64,000 nt of DNA, taken from Squalus acanthias. Taxonomy: Eukaryota. The translations under genes were made by a program, and so were the position numbers. The stretch is taken from the NCBI GenBank assembly GCA_030390025.1, contig CM059431.1, forward strand, positions 96,784,001 through 96,848,000. Direction: 5' to 3'. Numbering within the stretch: the first letter of the stretch is position 1; each line of letters opens with the position of its first letter. Positions 25,367-39,174 of the stretch are shown here, piece by piece. The notes beneath the pieces were generated by a model. It did no database searches. It was not told the DNA's origin and was given only the letters and a program-made list of their open reading frames with translations.

Positions 25367-25957
25367 GCTGTTGTCCAGAGACATTTCTACCCATTATTGC
25401 TGGGGCTACAGTTACGTTTACCCTGGGGCTTTCTGCTCTTTCTGCCATCCTGTTATAAACCTGTTTGTACTGGTTGCCAGTGATGTATTGCACCACTGGG
25501 AGGAGAGGGAATAATTAATCATCTGTTACTGATAAAATGTTAAATCCTTTGAGGGAGAATTGTACTCCGCATCACAGTGTAAGTTATTTATAATCCATGA
25601 ATGTTTGTTTTATTTGTGAATTAAACTGAAGTTTGTTGCGATTGGCATTATTTTAGCTTCACATGCAGCTTTGCTGACAGTACTTTGCAGTGTGTACAGA
25701 ACGGGTATCGTTCAAAGAACTAAACCCGCATTTTATTTTACAGATGAGACAATGCTTTAAACTGCTTAAAAAAAGACACAGTTTATTCAGTAACAAAAAA
25801 TGTTTTTTAAGGAGAAGTACTTCCTCGTTTTCATGTAACATATATCCTAGATTGGCAAGTTTGGAGTTCATTTTAAAAACTCAACATATACAATGATTAA
25901 AACACTCAGTTTTTACATTGTGTAGATAGTTTCGATTTTATTTTATTGTCTGTCGAA

Positions 25958-25963
25958 AATAAA
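25958..25963 (+). terminator. Candidate polyadenylation signal of TUBGCP3
   Basis: AATAAA ~590 nt after the stop in an AT-rich 3' UTR; ATTAAA variant at 25896. Confidence 0.6.
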
Positions 25964-26628
25964 TCTCCTGATGAACGACGATGCTTTTAAGGGGTGAAAG
26001 AAATAACTAATTGGGTTCTTTTCTAAAAAGTTACATTTGTATTGTAGTTCGCAATTTTTTTTTTAGCATGAGTAAACCCTGCCCCCCAACCCGTCGTGTT
26101 GCTGGTGCTAGGTCTGATTGTGCACCATCTGCAAGGACAGGAGCATTAGACCCTGGTGTCTGCTGCTGAGTGGAGCTATGTCGCTTTAAGGACACATACA
26201 TGGTCTAATTGCTCTCAGTAAATTCTGGGTGAGTTCTCCAGACTACAGGTCATTGGTTCTTTTTAAAGTGTGCTTGGTAAAGTCATTCGGGGATTACAGA
26301 CATTTGGCTCCTGTGGTATTTTCCATTGCTGACGGTCTTTCTCCATGTGTTCCAACAGGAGGAGGCCATTCAGCCCCTCTGGCCACTTCCACCACTTAAT
26401 TACATCATGGCTGATCTGTATCTTAACCCCATTTACCTGCCTTGGTTCCGTATCCCTGAATACCCTTTCCTAACAAAAGTCTATTAATCTCAGTTTTGAA
26501 ATTTTCAATTGTCCCCCAGCCTCAGCAGCTTTTAGGGTGGGGAAGAGTCCCAGATTTCCACTACCCTTTGTGTGAAGAAGTGCTTCCTGACATCACCCTG
26601 AACGGCCTAGCTCTAATTTTAAGGTTAT

Positions 26629-29600
26629 ATAGAAAGATAGGAGCAGGAGTAGGCCATTCGGCCCCTCGAGCCTGCTCCACCATTCAATGCGATTATGGCT
26701 GATCATCCAAACTCAGTACCCTGTACCTGCCTTCTCCCCATATCCCTTGATACCTTTAGCTTTAAGAAATATATCTAACTTATTCTTGAATATATTTAAT
26801 GACTTGGCCTCAACTACCTTCTGCGGTAGAGAATTCCACAGGTTCACCACTCTCTGGGTGAAGAAATTCTTCCTCATTTCTGTCCTAAATGGCTTACCCA
26901 TTATCCTTAGATTATGACCCCTGGTTCTGGACTCTCCGACCATCGGGAACATTCTTCCTGCATCTAGTTTGTCCAGACCTGTCAGAATTTTATATGTTTC
27001 GATGAGATCCCCTCTCATTCTTCTATACTCCAGCGAGTATAAGCCCAATCGTCCCAATCTCTCCTCATAAGTCATTCCTGCCATCCCAGGTATCAGCCGT
27101 GTGAATCTTCGCTAAACTCCTTCCATGGCAAGAACATCCTTCCTCAGATAAGGCGACCAAAACTGCACACAGTACTCAAGGTGTGGTCTCACCAAGGCCC
27201 TGTACAACTGCAGCAGGACATCCCTGTTCCTATACTCAAACCCTTTCGCTATGAAGGCCAACATACCATTTGCCTTCTTCACCGCCTGCTGCACCTGCAT
27301 GCTTACTTTCAGCGACTGGTGCACAAGGACACCCAGGTCTCGTTGCACTTCCCCTTCTCCCAATCTATTGCCATTCAGATAATAGTCTGCCTTTCTGTTT
27401 TTGACACCAAAGTGGATAACCTCGCATTTATCCACGTTATATTGCATCTGCCACGCTTCTGCCCACTCTCCCAACCTGTCCAAATCATCCTGGAGTTTCT
27501 CGGTATCCTCCTCGCAGCACACACTCCCACCCAGCTTTGTGTCATCTGCCAACTTGGAGATATTACATTTAGTTCCCTTATCTAGATCATTAATGTATAT
27601 TGTGAATAGCTGGGGTCCAAAGACCGATCCCTGCGGTACCCCACTAGTCACTGCTTGCCACTCGGAAAACGACCCATTAATTCCTACTCTCGCTTTCTGA
27701 CCGCCAACCAGTTCTCTATCCAAGTCAATACCTTGCCCCCAATCCCATGTGCCTTAACTTTACACGCTAATCTCTTATGCGGGACCTTATCGAAAGCCTT
27801 TTGAAAGTCCAAATACACCAAATCTACTGGTTCTCCCTTATCTATTTTCCCAGTTACATCCTCAAAAAATTCCAGTAGATTAGTCAAGCACGATTTACCT
27901 TTTGTAAATCCATGTTGACTTTGTCCGATCCTGTCACTGTTTTTCAAGTGCTCAGCTATTACATCCTTTATAATGGACTCTAGCATTTTCCCCACTACCG
28001 ATGTCAGGCTTACCGGTCTGTAATTCCCCGCTTTCTCTCTACCACCCTTTTTGAATAGTGGGGTAACATTAGCTACCCTCCAATCCATGGGTACAGTTCC
28101 AGATTCCATCAAATGTTGGAAGATGATCAGCAATGCATCTACTATTTCTAGGGCCACTTCCTTAAGTACCCTAGGATGTAGATTATCAGGCCCTGGGGAT
28201 TTATCGACCTTCAATCCTGTCAATTTCCCTAACACCATTTCCCTGCAAATACTGATTTCTTTCAGTTCCTCCCTTTCATCAGACTGTATGTTCTCCAACA
28301 TCTCTGGGAGGTTATTTGTGTCCTTTGTGAAGACAGAACCAAAATATGCATTTAATTGGTCTGCCATTTCTTTGTTCCCCATTGTAACTTCCCCCGCTTC
28401 TGACTGCAAGGGACCTACACTTGATTTCACTAATCTTTTTCTCTTCACATATCTATAAAAGCTCTTACAGTCAGTTTTATGTTCCCAGCAAGCTTACTTT
28501 CATATTCTATTTTCCCCTTCTTAATGAATCCCTTTGTCCTCCTTTGTTGAATCCTAAACTGCTCCCAATCCTCAAGGTTACTGCTTTTTCTGGCCAATTT
28601 ATATGCCCTCTCCTTGAATCTTATGCTATCCCTAATTTCCCTTGTTAGCCACGGTTGAGTCACCCTTTTTGTTTTATTCTTATGCCACACTGGGATGAAC
28701 AAATTCTGTAGTTCATCCATGCAGTCTTTGAATGTTTGCCATTGCCTATCCACCGTCAACCCCTTGAGTGACATTCCCCAATCAATCCTGCCCAATTCGC
28801 GCCTCATACTATCGAAGTTTCCTTTATTTAAATTCAGGACCCTAGTCTCTGATTCAACTACTTCACTCTCCATCCTAATGAAGAATTCTATCATATGATC
28901 ACTCTGACCCAAGAGGCCTCGTACAACAAGATTGCTAATTAATCCTTTCTCGTTGCATAATACCCAGTCTAAGATGGCCTGATCTCTGGTTGGTTCCTCG
29001 ACATATTGTTCCAGAAAACCATCTCGTAAACATTCTAGGAATTCCTCCTCCACAGTATTTTTACTAATTTGGTTAGCCCAATCTATATGTAAATTAAAGT
29101 CACCCATGATGACTGCTGTGCCCTTTCTGCATGCTTCTCTAATTTCCCTTTTTAATGCCGTCCCCAACCTCCGTATTACTGTTTGGAGGTCTATATACAA
29201 CTCCCACTAACGTTTTTTGCCCCTTGTTATTTCTCAGTTCTACCCATACAGATTCCGCATCATCAGAACTAATATCCTTCCTTTCAATTGTGTTAATCCC
29301 CTCTTTAACCAGCAATGCTACCCCACCTCCCTTTCTTTTTTGCCTATCTTTCCTAAATATTGAATAACCCTGGATGTTGAGTTCTCAGCCTTGGCCACCC
29401 TGGAGCCATGTTTCTGTAATCCCAATCAAATCGTATTCATTTACCTCTATTTGCGCAGCTAATTCATCCACCTTGTTCCCAATGCTCCTTGCATTAAGAC
29501 ACAAAGCCTTCAGGTTTGTTTTTTTAACGCTCTCAGACCTATATGAATTATTATTTACTGTGACCATGTTTGATTTAAACCGTTGAGTTCTTTGCCTTCT

Positions 29601-30120
29601 ACTTTTGTTTTTCTCCTTCCTGTCTTTTGCTTTTATCCTTGTTTCCCTTTCCTCTGTCTCCCTGCTCAGGTTCCCAACCCCCTGCCACTTTAGTTTAAAC
29701 CCTCCCCAACAGCACTAGCAAACACTCCACCTAGGACATCGGTCCCGGCCCTGCCCAGGTGCAGACCGTCCTGTTTGTACTGGTCCCACCTCCCCCAGAA
29801 CCGGTTCCAATGTCCAAGGAATTTGAATCCCTCCCCCTTGCACCATTCCTCTAGCCACGTATTCATTTGAAATATCCCCCTATTTCTACTCTGACTAGCA
29901 CGTGGCACTGGTAGCAATCCTGAGATTACTACCTTTGAGGTCCTATTTTTTAATTTACCTCCTAACTCCCTATATTCTGCTTTTAGGACCTCCTCCCGTT
30001 TTTTACCTATATCACCACGACAACTGGCTGTTCACCCTCCCCCTCCAAAATGTTCTGTAGCCGCTCCGAGACGTCCTTGACCCTTCCACCAGGGAGGCAC
30101 CACACCATCTTGGAGTCCCG
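26629..30120 (-). mobile_element. Long CR1 LINE (ORF1 SGNH/esterase C-term plus frameshifted ORF2 EN-RT), nested in an older LINE fragment (26357-26628 and 30121-30300)
   Basis: ORFs 29690-29917 (WGRWDQYKQDGLHL), 29385-29567 (CLNARSIGNKVDEL...GITETWL), 28445-29200 (IMGDFN...SDH), 27684-28448 (NYRPVSLTS...YLDFQKAFDKVPH), 27112-27723 (PQGSVFGP...ADDTK), 26713-27084. Confidence 0.96.
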
Positions 30121-30511
30121 TTGTAACACTTCAATTAGATTACCCCTTAATTTTCTATACTCAAGGGACTACAAGCCTAGTCTATGCAACTTGTCCTCAT
30201 AATTAACCCTTTTACCCCAGGTATTATTCTGGTGACACTGCGCTGCACCCCCTCCCAGGCCAATATATTCTTCCTGAGGTGCGGTGCCAACATCTGGTGT
30301 GACTCACTCGCAGCTTCTCACACACTGCCTGTAGAAGAAATCCATATATGAGCCCCTTGGGCTGCAGCCTCTCTGGCTGATACCTTTGTGTCGGGGCCTC
30401 TCTTCTCCCAGTCCTCATCATCCTCTTCCTCAAAGAATAGGAACAAAGGAATTCCAAGAGCAAAATCTGTTGCTTCCATAAAATTTAATTAACTGTTTAA
30501 ATTCTGTCAAA

Positions 30512-30710
30512 TCAAGTGGGTGGTGATTTTGGGGTAGACCTGGACACACCTTGTACATTATCACTGGCCAGGCTGAATGGTGAATGGCCAAAAGAGCTGG
30601 ATACAAGAGTTACACTTGAAAGCACGGGGTGAATGCTTGGAAAGTCTGAATATATCAGAAGACCTGCTCTGTTCTCACCAACATGAATGTATGGATGAGA
30701 AACACCTTGG
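30512..30710 (-). pseudogene. Diverged relic copy of part of the giant exon (homologous to ~32165-32365)
   Basis: Reads QGVSHPYIHVGENR...SLASDNVQGVSRSTPKSPPT* vs QGGSYPSTHVDNR...SLVSDNAQGVSRCSPKSPT; the middle part matches in a shifted frame. Confidence 0.75.
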
Positions 30711-31347
30711 CTCTCAACAGACTCGGAGATTGGTTGTTGCTTTCGGCCTTTAACATCCTACAGGATCAGTGTCAGCAATGGCCCCCACTGCGTCGACCCA
30801 TCCCTGGGACATATTGGCAGAGACTAAGGGAACACCCTGGCGGGGTGGAGGCGGCAGGGCAGTAGAGCGTCAACTCCAAGTCTCCTTCAACATCCAGCGG
30901 AGTGGGCTCGGGTCAGATGGGCGATTGGAGGATAATTCTGACGGCATTCTTTTGGCACGGGGTTTCGATGTCACAGTTTCTCTTTTCATACAGCTTCTCT
31001 ACCACCCGAAGCTGGGGGAGGATTCACCAGGAAAATCCATGCCGTGCAATGGGTTTTGCTGTGTCGCTATGTGAAAACCGTAACCCGTCATAAAGCACTT
31101 TATAGCTGGAAAGTTAAAACTCCCGCTTTATCACAAGTGTGGAGAGATGAGGCCAAGATTACATTTTCCATGTTTTTTAAATTTTCAGAGAAATGATTTC
31201 CTGATCTATTCGATTACTGACTCTGGGGCTACACCAAGTCTGTACTTGCAAAAACAGCCAACTCTACTCTCAAAATAGACAAGAAAGAGTTTCCTTAACC
31301 ACCAGCTAACAAGAGAGGAACTAACATAGTTAAATTATAAAGCTACA

Positions 31348-31353
31348 TTTATT
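31348..31353 (-). terminator. Candidate polyadenylation signal of the minus-strand giant-exon gene
   Basis: AATAAA on - strand ~220 nt after the TAG at 31571. Confidence 0.6.
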
Positions 31354-31570
31354 TCTAAAACTTTTAACAGACTATGCAATATAACTTCTTTGAACATTTC
31401 TAGACAAGTACATTTGGATAAAGAATAAAAGCACTGGAAATCATTTTAACTCTGATTGTAGAAACCAACAGAAGTTATTATTGTGGTGAACTGGTGCAGG
31501 ACCTCAGCTATAATGTATTATTGATGTCTAGGATGATGTGCTCTGAGATATCGCAGATCAAATGGAGTAA

Positions 31571-34500
31571 CTAGGAAGCAGTTAAAACGTCATCGTCTCC
31601 ATCATCATAAAATGAAATAACTGAGTATCCAGATGGAAAAGAAGCATCATCACTCCTGGGAGATGATGACTGGATCAGAGAGCTGGATGTACTTGATAAA
31701 TAATCATTGCTCATGGTACACAATGAATGGGTAGAGGAACTCCAAGCATCCGATGAATCATCAGGACTAGTGGACGAAGGAAATATGGAAGAACTAGGCG
31801 CAGGTGATAAAATAGATGCCAAATCCGTGGAATACTTGTACCGAGATAACGGTACAAAAGAGCGTGAAACTCGTGGTATAATTTTAGTAGCATGAGTGGA
31901 CTGTGACTGGCTGGAAGAATCAGATTCATCGTGTTTTATATAAGCACTCATGCTGTGTGGTTGGCTGCAAGAATGGTGCACACCTTGAACTTCTTCATCA
32001 ACATGGGCAAACCTGGAAAGATGTGCAAGACCTTGTACACTATTATCAGTATGGGTGTACATTGATCGGATGGAAGGAAGAGGTGCACCTGGTACATTAC
32101 CTGGCACCTGAGTAGATGGTAATTGAGTGGATAAATTAGATGCAATTTGTTGACCATCACCAACATAAGTGGGTGATTTGGGGGAACACCTAGACACACC
32201 CTGTGCATTATCACTGACCAGGCTGACTGACTGGGCAGAAAAACTGGATCCAGGTATTACACTATAAAAAGCATGGGGTGATTGTGAATGCTTAGAAGGT
32301 CTGAATACATGTAATATATCTGATCTGTTATCAACATGAGTGGATGGATAGGAACCACCTTGTGGATTATTACTAATAGGACTAGATCGGGATTGGGTGT
32401 ACGAACAAGAAACACCTTGTGGATTATTACTAACCAGATTGGACCGGGACTGGGTGGGTGAATAGGAACCACCTTGTGGATTATTACTAACAGGACTGGA
32501 CCGGGACTGGGTGGGTGAATAGGAACCACCTGGTAGATTATTACTAACAGGACTGGACCTGGATTGGGTGGATGAACGAGAAACAGTTTGTGGTTTATTA
32601 CTAACATGAGTGGTTTGGGACTGGGTGGATGAACTAGCACCTCTTGTGTTATCAGTATGGGTGTGCAGTAATTGGGGGGAAGTCGGAGAAAGGCTTTGCA
32701 AGTTATCACCCACTTGGGTGGATAGTGATTGGATATAATATGATGCATCTTGTGCATTACTATTAACGTGAGCTGACCATGATTGGGCAGATGAATTGAA
32801 CACAATTTGATCATCATTATCAGTGGGAGACAGTGATTTGGCTACATCTAATGAATTATCATGGATAGCATGGGAGGTTGGTGAATGGATGTAGGGTCTG
32901 AAAACTTGCTTATCAGTAATACTAGTGGATGAATGAGATACACCTCGTACATTTTTACTAACAGGATTGGGCAGTGAACTGGTGGAAGAAGGAGCAGCTT
33001 GTACATTATCTGCCACATCAGCAGACGATGATTGGGTGGCTGGAATATAAGGAACTTGTTGACCATCACCAACATAAGTGGATGGTGACTTGGGGTAAGA
33101 CTTGTATAGACCCAATATATTATCTCTGACAAGGGTGGATAGTGAATGGTTGGAAGAATTGGATACAGTTTGCTCACTCTCTTCAGTTTCGGGCAGTGAA
33201 GGGACAGAACTAGATGCAGGTCTTGCATTATGATCAACAGAACCAGATGGTGAATGGATGGAAAAACTAGATGCACTTTTCGCACTCTTTTCAGCTTTGG
33301 ACCATAGTGAATGGACAGAAGAACTAGATGCAGGTCCTGCACCATAATAACCATGGTGAGGCGGTGAATGGATGGAAGGTCTGGATTTATGTAATGAATC
33401 TTGTCTGATATCATCATCATCATCATCATCATTGGTATTAACAGGATTGAGCTGTGTTTTGGTGGAAGGGCACGCAGCTTGTTCATTATCTTCACGGGTG
33501 AACGGAGTGGAAGATGCAGATACACCTTGAATGTCATCAATATGGGTGCCAAATATTTGGTTGAATGTGCACGGTAAACACTGCAAATTATCCGCAATAA
33601 GAGAGGACAGTGATAGGGTAGAAGAACTTGATCCACTTAGTGCATTGGGGTCAATGTAGGTGCACTTGGAAGAATTGGATATACCTGGTGTATTATCATG
33701 GGCAAGGGTGAACATTGATTGGGAAGAAGAATGAGAGAAGTCTTGTCTATGATCTGTTCCATAAGAGTGCTGTGATTGCATGGATGAATTGGATACATCT
33801 TGCTGACCATTATTAAAATAGATTGATGGTGATTTTGGGGGTGACTTGGATAGATTCTTGCTGAGAGAGGTGGATAGTGAGTGCATGGAACGACTGGCTG
33901 CAGTTCTTGCAGTGCGATCACTGTGAGAGGATGGTGAATTGACAGGAGGCCTGATTTCATGCAATACACATTGTCTGTTATCAACATTATTGGGGAATGA
34001 TTGGGTTGAGGGATGAGAGACACCTTTTGTATTATTAATGTGAGTGGACAGTGATGTGGGAGAACAAACATCTCTCACATCACCACAGGTGCAAACCTGA
34101 GTGGAAGAAGCAGACACATCTTGTATATTTTCAACATGAGAAGATGGCACTTGGCTTGATGAATGAGATGGACTTTGTGCGCTGTGGTTAACAAAGGTGC
34201 ACAGTGAATGGGTGGGAGATATAGATACACCTCTTGCATCATCCTGAACAGAAATTGATGGTGATCTGGCAGAAGAATATGTACATTGTGCATTATCTGC
34301 CACATGCGTAGACAATGTTGATGGTCTACAAGTTGTAAGTTCATCATCAACATCTGTGTACAGTGATTTGGAGGAAGACTTGAATTCGTCTAGTGCATTA
34401 TCTTTGACATGGACGGATGGTAAATGGATGGAAGAACTGGAAATATTTTGTTCACAGTCATGCAGAGAATAGGAATGGAGTGAAGAACTGGATGGTCTGA

Positions 34501-37500
34501 ATGTTTGTAATACACCTTGTCTATTTTCACCAACACGGGTAGACAGTGATTGGGACAGAGAACGAGAAATGCCTTGTTGTATAGTGTCACCTACATGAGT
34601 GGACCGTGATTGGGACAGAGAACGATAAAGGCCATCTGCATGGGTGGACAATGATTGGGACAGAGAACGAGAAACGCCTGGTATAGTGTCATCTGCATGG
34701 GTGGACAGTGATTGGCACAGAGAACGAGAAACGCCTTGTATAGTGTCATCTGCATGGGTAGACCGTGATTGGCACAGAGAACGAGAAATATCTTGTATAG
34801 TGTCATCTGCATGGGTGGACAGTGATTGGGACAGAGAACGAGAAACACCTTGTATAGTGTCATCTGCATGGGTAGACCATGATTGGCACAGAGAACGAGA
34901 AATGTCTTGTATAGTGTCATCTGCATGGGTGGACAGTGATTGGGACAGAGAACGAGAAACGCCTTGTATAGTGTCATCTGCATGGGTAGACCGTGATTGG
35001 CACAGAGAATGAGAAACGCCATCTACATGGGTGGACAGTGATTGGGACAGAGAACGAGAAACGCCTTGTATAGTGTCATCTGCATGGGTAGATCGTGATT
35101 GGCACAGAGAACGAGAAACGCCATCTGCATGGGTAGACCGTGATTGGCACAGAGAACGATAAACACCATCTGCATGGGTAGACAGTGATTGGGACAGAGA
35201 ACGAGAAACGCCTTGTATAGTATCATCTGCATGGGTAGACCGTGATTGGCACAGAGAACGAGAAACACCATCTGCATGGGTAGAACGTGATTGGCACAGA
35301 GAACGAGAAACGCCATCTGCATGGGTAGAACGTGATTGGCACAGAGAACGAGAAACGCCATCTGCATGGGTGGACAGTGATTGGGAGAGAGAACGATAAA
35401 CACCTTGTATAGTGTCATCTGCATGGGTAGACCGTGATTGGCACAGAGAACGAGAAACACCATCTGCATGGGTGGACAGTGATTGGCACAGAGAATGAGA
35501 AACGCCTTGTATAGTGTCTGCATGGGTAGACCGTGATTGGCACAGAGATCGAGAAACGCCAAGTACAGTGTCATCTGCATGGGTGGACAGTGATTGGATG
35601 GGTAAGTTAGATACAGCTGGTGCAATACTATCAACATGAGTGGACAGTGAATTGCTGGGGGGTTTGGATACAGTTCCCACACTGCCATCTACATAAGGAA
35701 GTGATGAATAGTTGGGATAACTGGATCCACTATGTGGATAATCAGTAACATTAGAAGCTAATGAATGGGTGACAGAATCAGATACACTTTGTTTATTACT
35801 ATCAACCTGAGAAGTTGATGAATGGATTGAAAGTCCGGTTCCACCTTGTTTGTTAGCAGCAACATTGGAACACGGTGATTGGATGGAAGGATGCAACAGA
35901 TCTTGTGCCTCACCAGCAACATGCGAGAGCAATGATTGGGTGGAAGAACAACAACTATCTATCAGATTATCTTCGACATGAGTGGACAGTGATTGCATGG
36001 GTAAGTTGTATGCACCTTGTAAAACATCACCAACAAAGATGGATGGTGAATGATTGGAAAAACTGGATATATATCCTGTGTCAGCATTGGCAGGGATGAA
36101 TAGTGAATTGCTGGAAGAGTTGAATACAGTTCTTGCATTATAATAAAGATGATCAGGTGAATAAGTGGATGCATTCCATACTCCACTGTCAAAATGGGAA
36201 GAGATTGAATGTCTGGATACACGCAGGACACTTTGTATGTTATCAATACTGGATGGTGGTGACTGGGTGGAAGAATTAAATACATGTTGTACATGATCAT
36301 TAATATGAGTGGCAGATTCAGGTTCATTGTCACCAAAATTGGTGGGCAGTGATTGGAAGGAAACATGAGATACACTGCGTTTTTTGTCACCAACCTGGAT
36401 GGGCAGTGATCCGATAGAAACATGGGGTGCACCTTGTTCATTGTCACCAACATAGATGGGCAGTGATTGGTTGGAAGAATGCGGTACACCTTGTGCATTA
36501 TTTTCAACACAGGTGAATACTGATTTGGTGGTGGAATTGGATACATTTTGTATGTTATCATGAAAACGAGAGGACAGTGACTGTGTGGGAGAATAAGATA
36601 CACGTGCACTGTCATTAGCATGAGGGGACAGTGATTGAGCGGAAGATGCATGTGCTTTGTCATTAGCACGAGGGGACAGTGATTGAGCGGGAGAATAAGA
36701 TCCACGTGCTTTGTCATTAGCACGAGGAGACAGTGACTTTGCAGGAGAGTAAGATGCACGTGCTTTGACATTAGCACGAGGGGACAGTGATTGAGCGGGA
36801 GAATAAGATCCACGTGCTTTGTCATTAGCACGAGGGGACAGTGACTTTGCAGGAGAGTAAGATGCACGTGCTTTGTCATTAGCACGAGGGGACAGTGATT
36901 GAGCGGGAGAATAAGATCCACGTGCTTTGTCATTAGCACGAGGGGACAGTGACTTTGCAGGAGAGTAAGATGCACGTGCTTTGTCATTAGCATGAGGGGA
37001 CAGTGATTGAGCGGGAGAATAAGATGCACTCTCTGTGTTGTCAACACAGGTGGACAATGATTTAATGGATGAATCATTAATGCCAATAGACAGTAAATGA
37101 CATGGTGACTTACTGTTTATACTATCGTCCACATGGGAACATGGTGAAGAGATGGAGAAATTCCATACATGTCTTGTACTAACATCAATATCGGGAGATG
37201 GGGAACGGTTGGAAGGTCTGGATATTTGGTGTACACTACCATCAACAGGGGTAGATGGTGGAAGAATGGCAGAACCAGACAAATATTTGAATATACCTTG
37301 TTCCTTATCAACAGCACAGGACACTGATCTAGAGGAAGAATTAGATGTACCTTGTGCATTATGTTTAACAGGGGTGGAAGAATTAGATACACATTGTACA
37401 TCAACTACGTGGGTGCATAACGGTCGGGTGGAAGAGTTGGACGCATGCTGTGTATTATCAGCAACATGGCTATGTAGTGAATCTTTGCCATTCTCATGTG

Positions 37501-39174
37501 TCAGTGCTTCACTATAACAATAAGGATATATAAACTGTGCATTTGGCCTTGATCCAAGAGAATAGTGGCGTGATTTTGGTGGGCTAATGGATCTTGCTCT
37601 GCTAGCTCTCGTATGTCTATCTGCTACCTGGTTAACTGATAGTGATTCCGTGTAAGAGCAGGATCTTTTGTGAGGGACATGGAAGATTCGGGTTATCGGT
37701 ATTTTTATTGGCTTTTGATGAGCATCATTCCTTATCGATGAGGTGTTATCTTGTACCTGGTGTCCTTCAGAATTGGTATATGGCGATTGGACAGGAGAAT
37801 AACACACAGCTCGTTCATTATCATCAGCTGAAGTGTCTGGTGGTCTGATGGAATAACTTGATACTCCTTGTATATTACCAGGAACATGTGGGGATGATAG
37901 CTGGATGGATGAACCCAATGTAATTGGCTTATTGCTGTCCTGTTTGGATGATTCACTGAAACAGTAAGTGTATTCAATGGATTCTTTGAGACTTAATCTA
38001 GGTGAATAGGGACATGATTTTTGTTGGCCAACAGATTTTGTTTTTCTCTCTCTCACGTGTCTATCTGTTCTGTGATTAACTGACACGGATCTAATGTGAG
38101 AGGAGGATCTTCTATCAGTAGGATGGAAGATTCGAGTTGTAGGTATTTTTATAGGCTTTTGACAGTCACCCCAGTTGTGTGAGTGAACGTCATCATCTTG
38201 TGCTCTGTATTGCTCCACACAGGAAGGCCTAGCTATGGCTTGAACTTTATCAGTCGCATGGGGGGATAATGATTGAATGAAATGCCCAGATGTGTGTGTT
38301 ATATCATCATCAGTGTGGAATGGCAGTGTTTGGATAGAAGATGTATATATACTTGGCACATTGTCATCATGGAAGAACACTGAGTCAGTGGAATAATTAA
38401 ATACATCTTGTTCATTATTGCCAACTTGTGTGGATGGGGATTGTATGGGAGAACTGGAGGTACCTTGTATATTGGCATCAGCATGTGGGTACAGTGTTTG
38501 AATTGGTGAAGTAGGGACCCCATCCGCATTGATATCAGTATGCCTGGGTGGCGATGAGATGGATCCATGTACGCAATCATCAAGTTGATTAAATGTCAAT
38601 CTGATTGATGAATTGGCTATAGCTTGTACGTCATCGGCTTGGGTGGGTGGTAACTGGTTGTGATGAGGCGAATGGGAATTGATGCGAATCATTATGGGAG
38701 AGGATGGTTCTGTTGTAACTCTTCCTTTTTTTGACCGTTGGACAGAATATCCACTTGCATACAAGCTGCCAATTTGTTCTGTGTATTCCCTCATGTTATC
38801 TGCTTTTGAAGGCATACGTCCTGCATTATCAGAATCTTTTCTAGAACCTGTTGGATATGGTGAAAAGTGGTGTTTGGGCATAGATTGTTCCAGCATATCT
38901 GAATGATTCCAAAACGATTGTTCTGGGAGCGGGGGTGCAATAGGTAAGTCACCATACGATTTGCTTCTGTCTTTCCTGCTTTCAGTAAAAATGGACTCAT
39001 TGCTCCCGTGATGTTTGCCTCTCTTGTGAATTTTGCGCTGTGGGAATTTCAAAAAAGTCACTTTGTGATTCCTTTTCATTTTCTTATTATGTCCATCAAT
39101 TGCACCCTTCCTGTGTTCAACTGGAATGTGCTGAAATCCCCCAAGAAGTGGCCTATAATTTGAGACATAAACAC
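31571..39174 (-). CDS. Giant terminal coding exon (~2,530 aa) of an unrecognised Ser/His/Thr-rich repetitive protein
   Basis: Stop-free frame from 39241 to the TAG at 31571; internal repeats vary only by multiples of 3 nt; phase-compatible acceptor cataaag|GT at 39174 (alternative attccag|TT ~48 nt further in); exact 5' boundary uncertain. Confidence 0.88.

Noticed and set aside
32257..37404. Second-frame minus-strand ORFs (up to 374 aa) overlapping the giant ORF
   Set aside because: Shadow frames of the repeat's codon bias; repeatedly interrupted by stops
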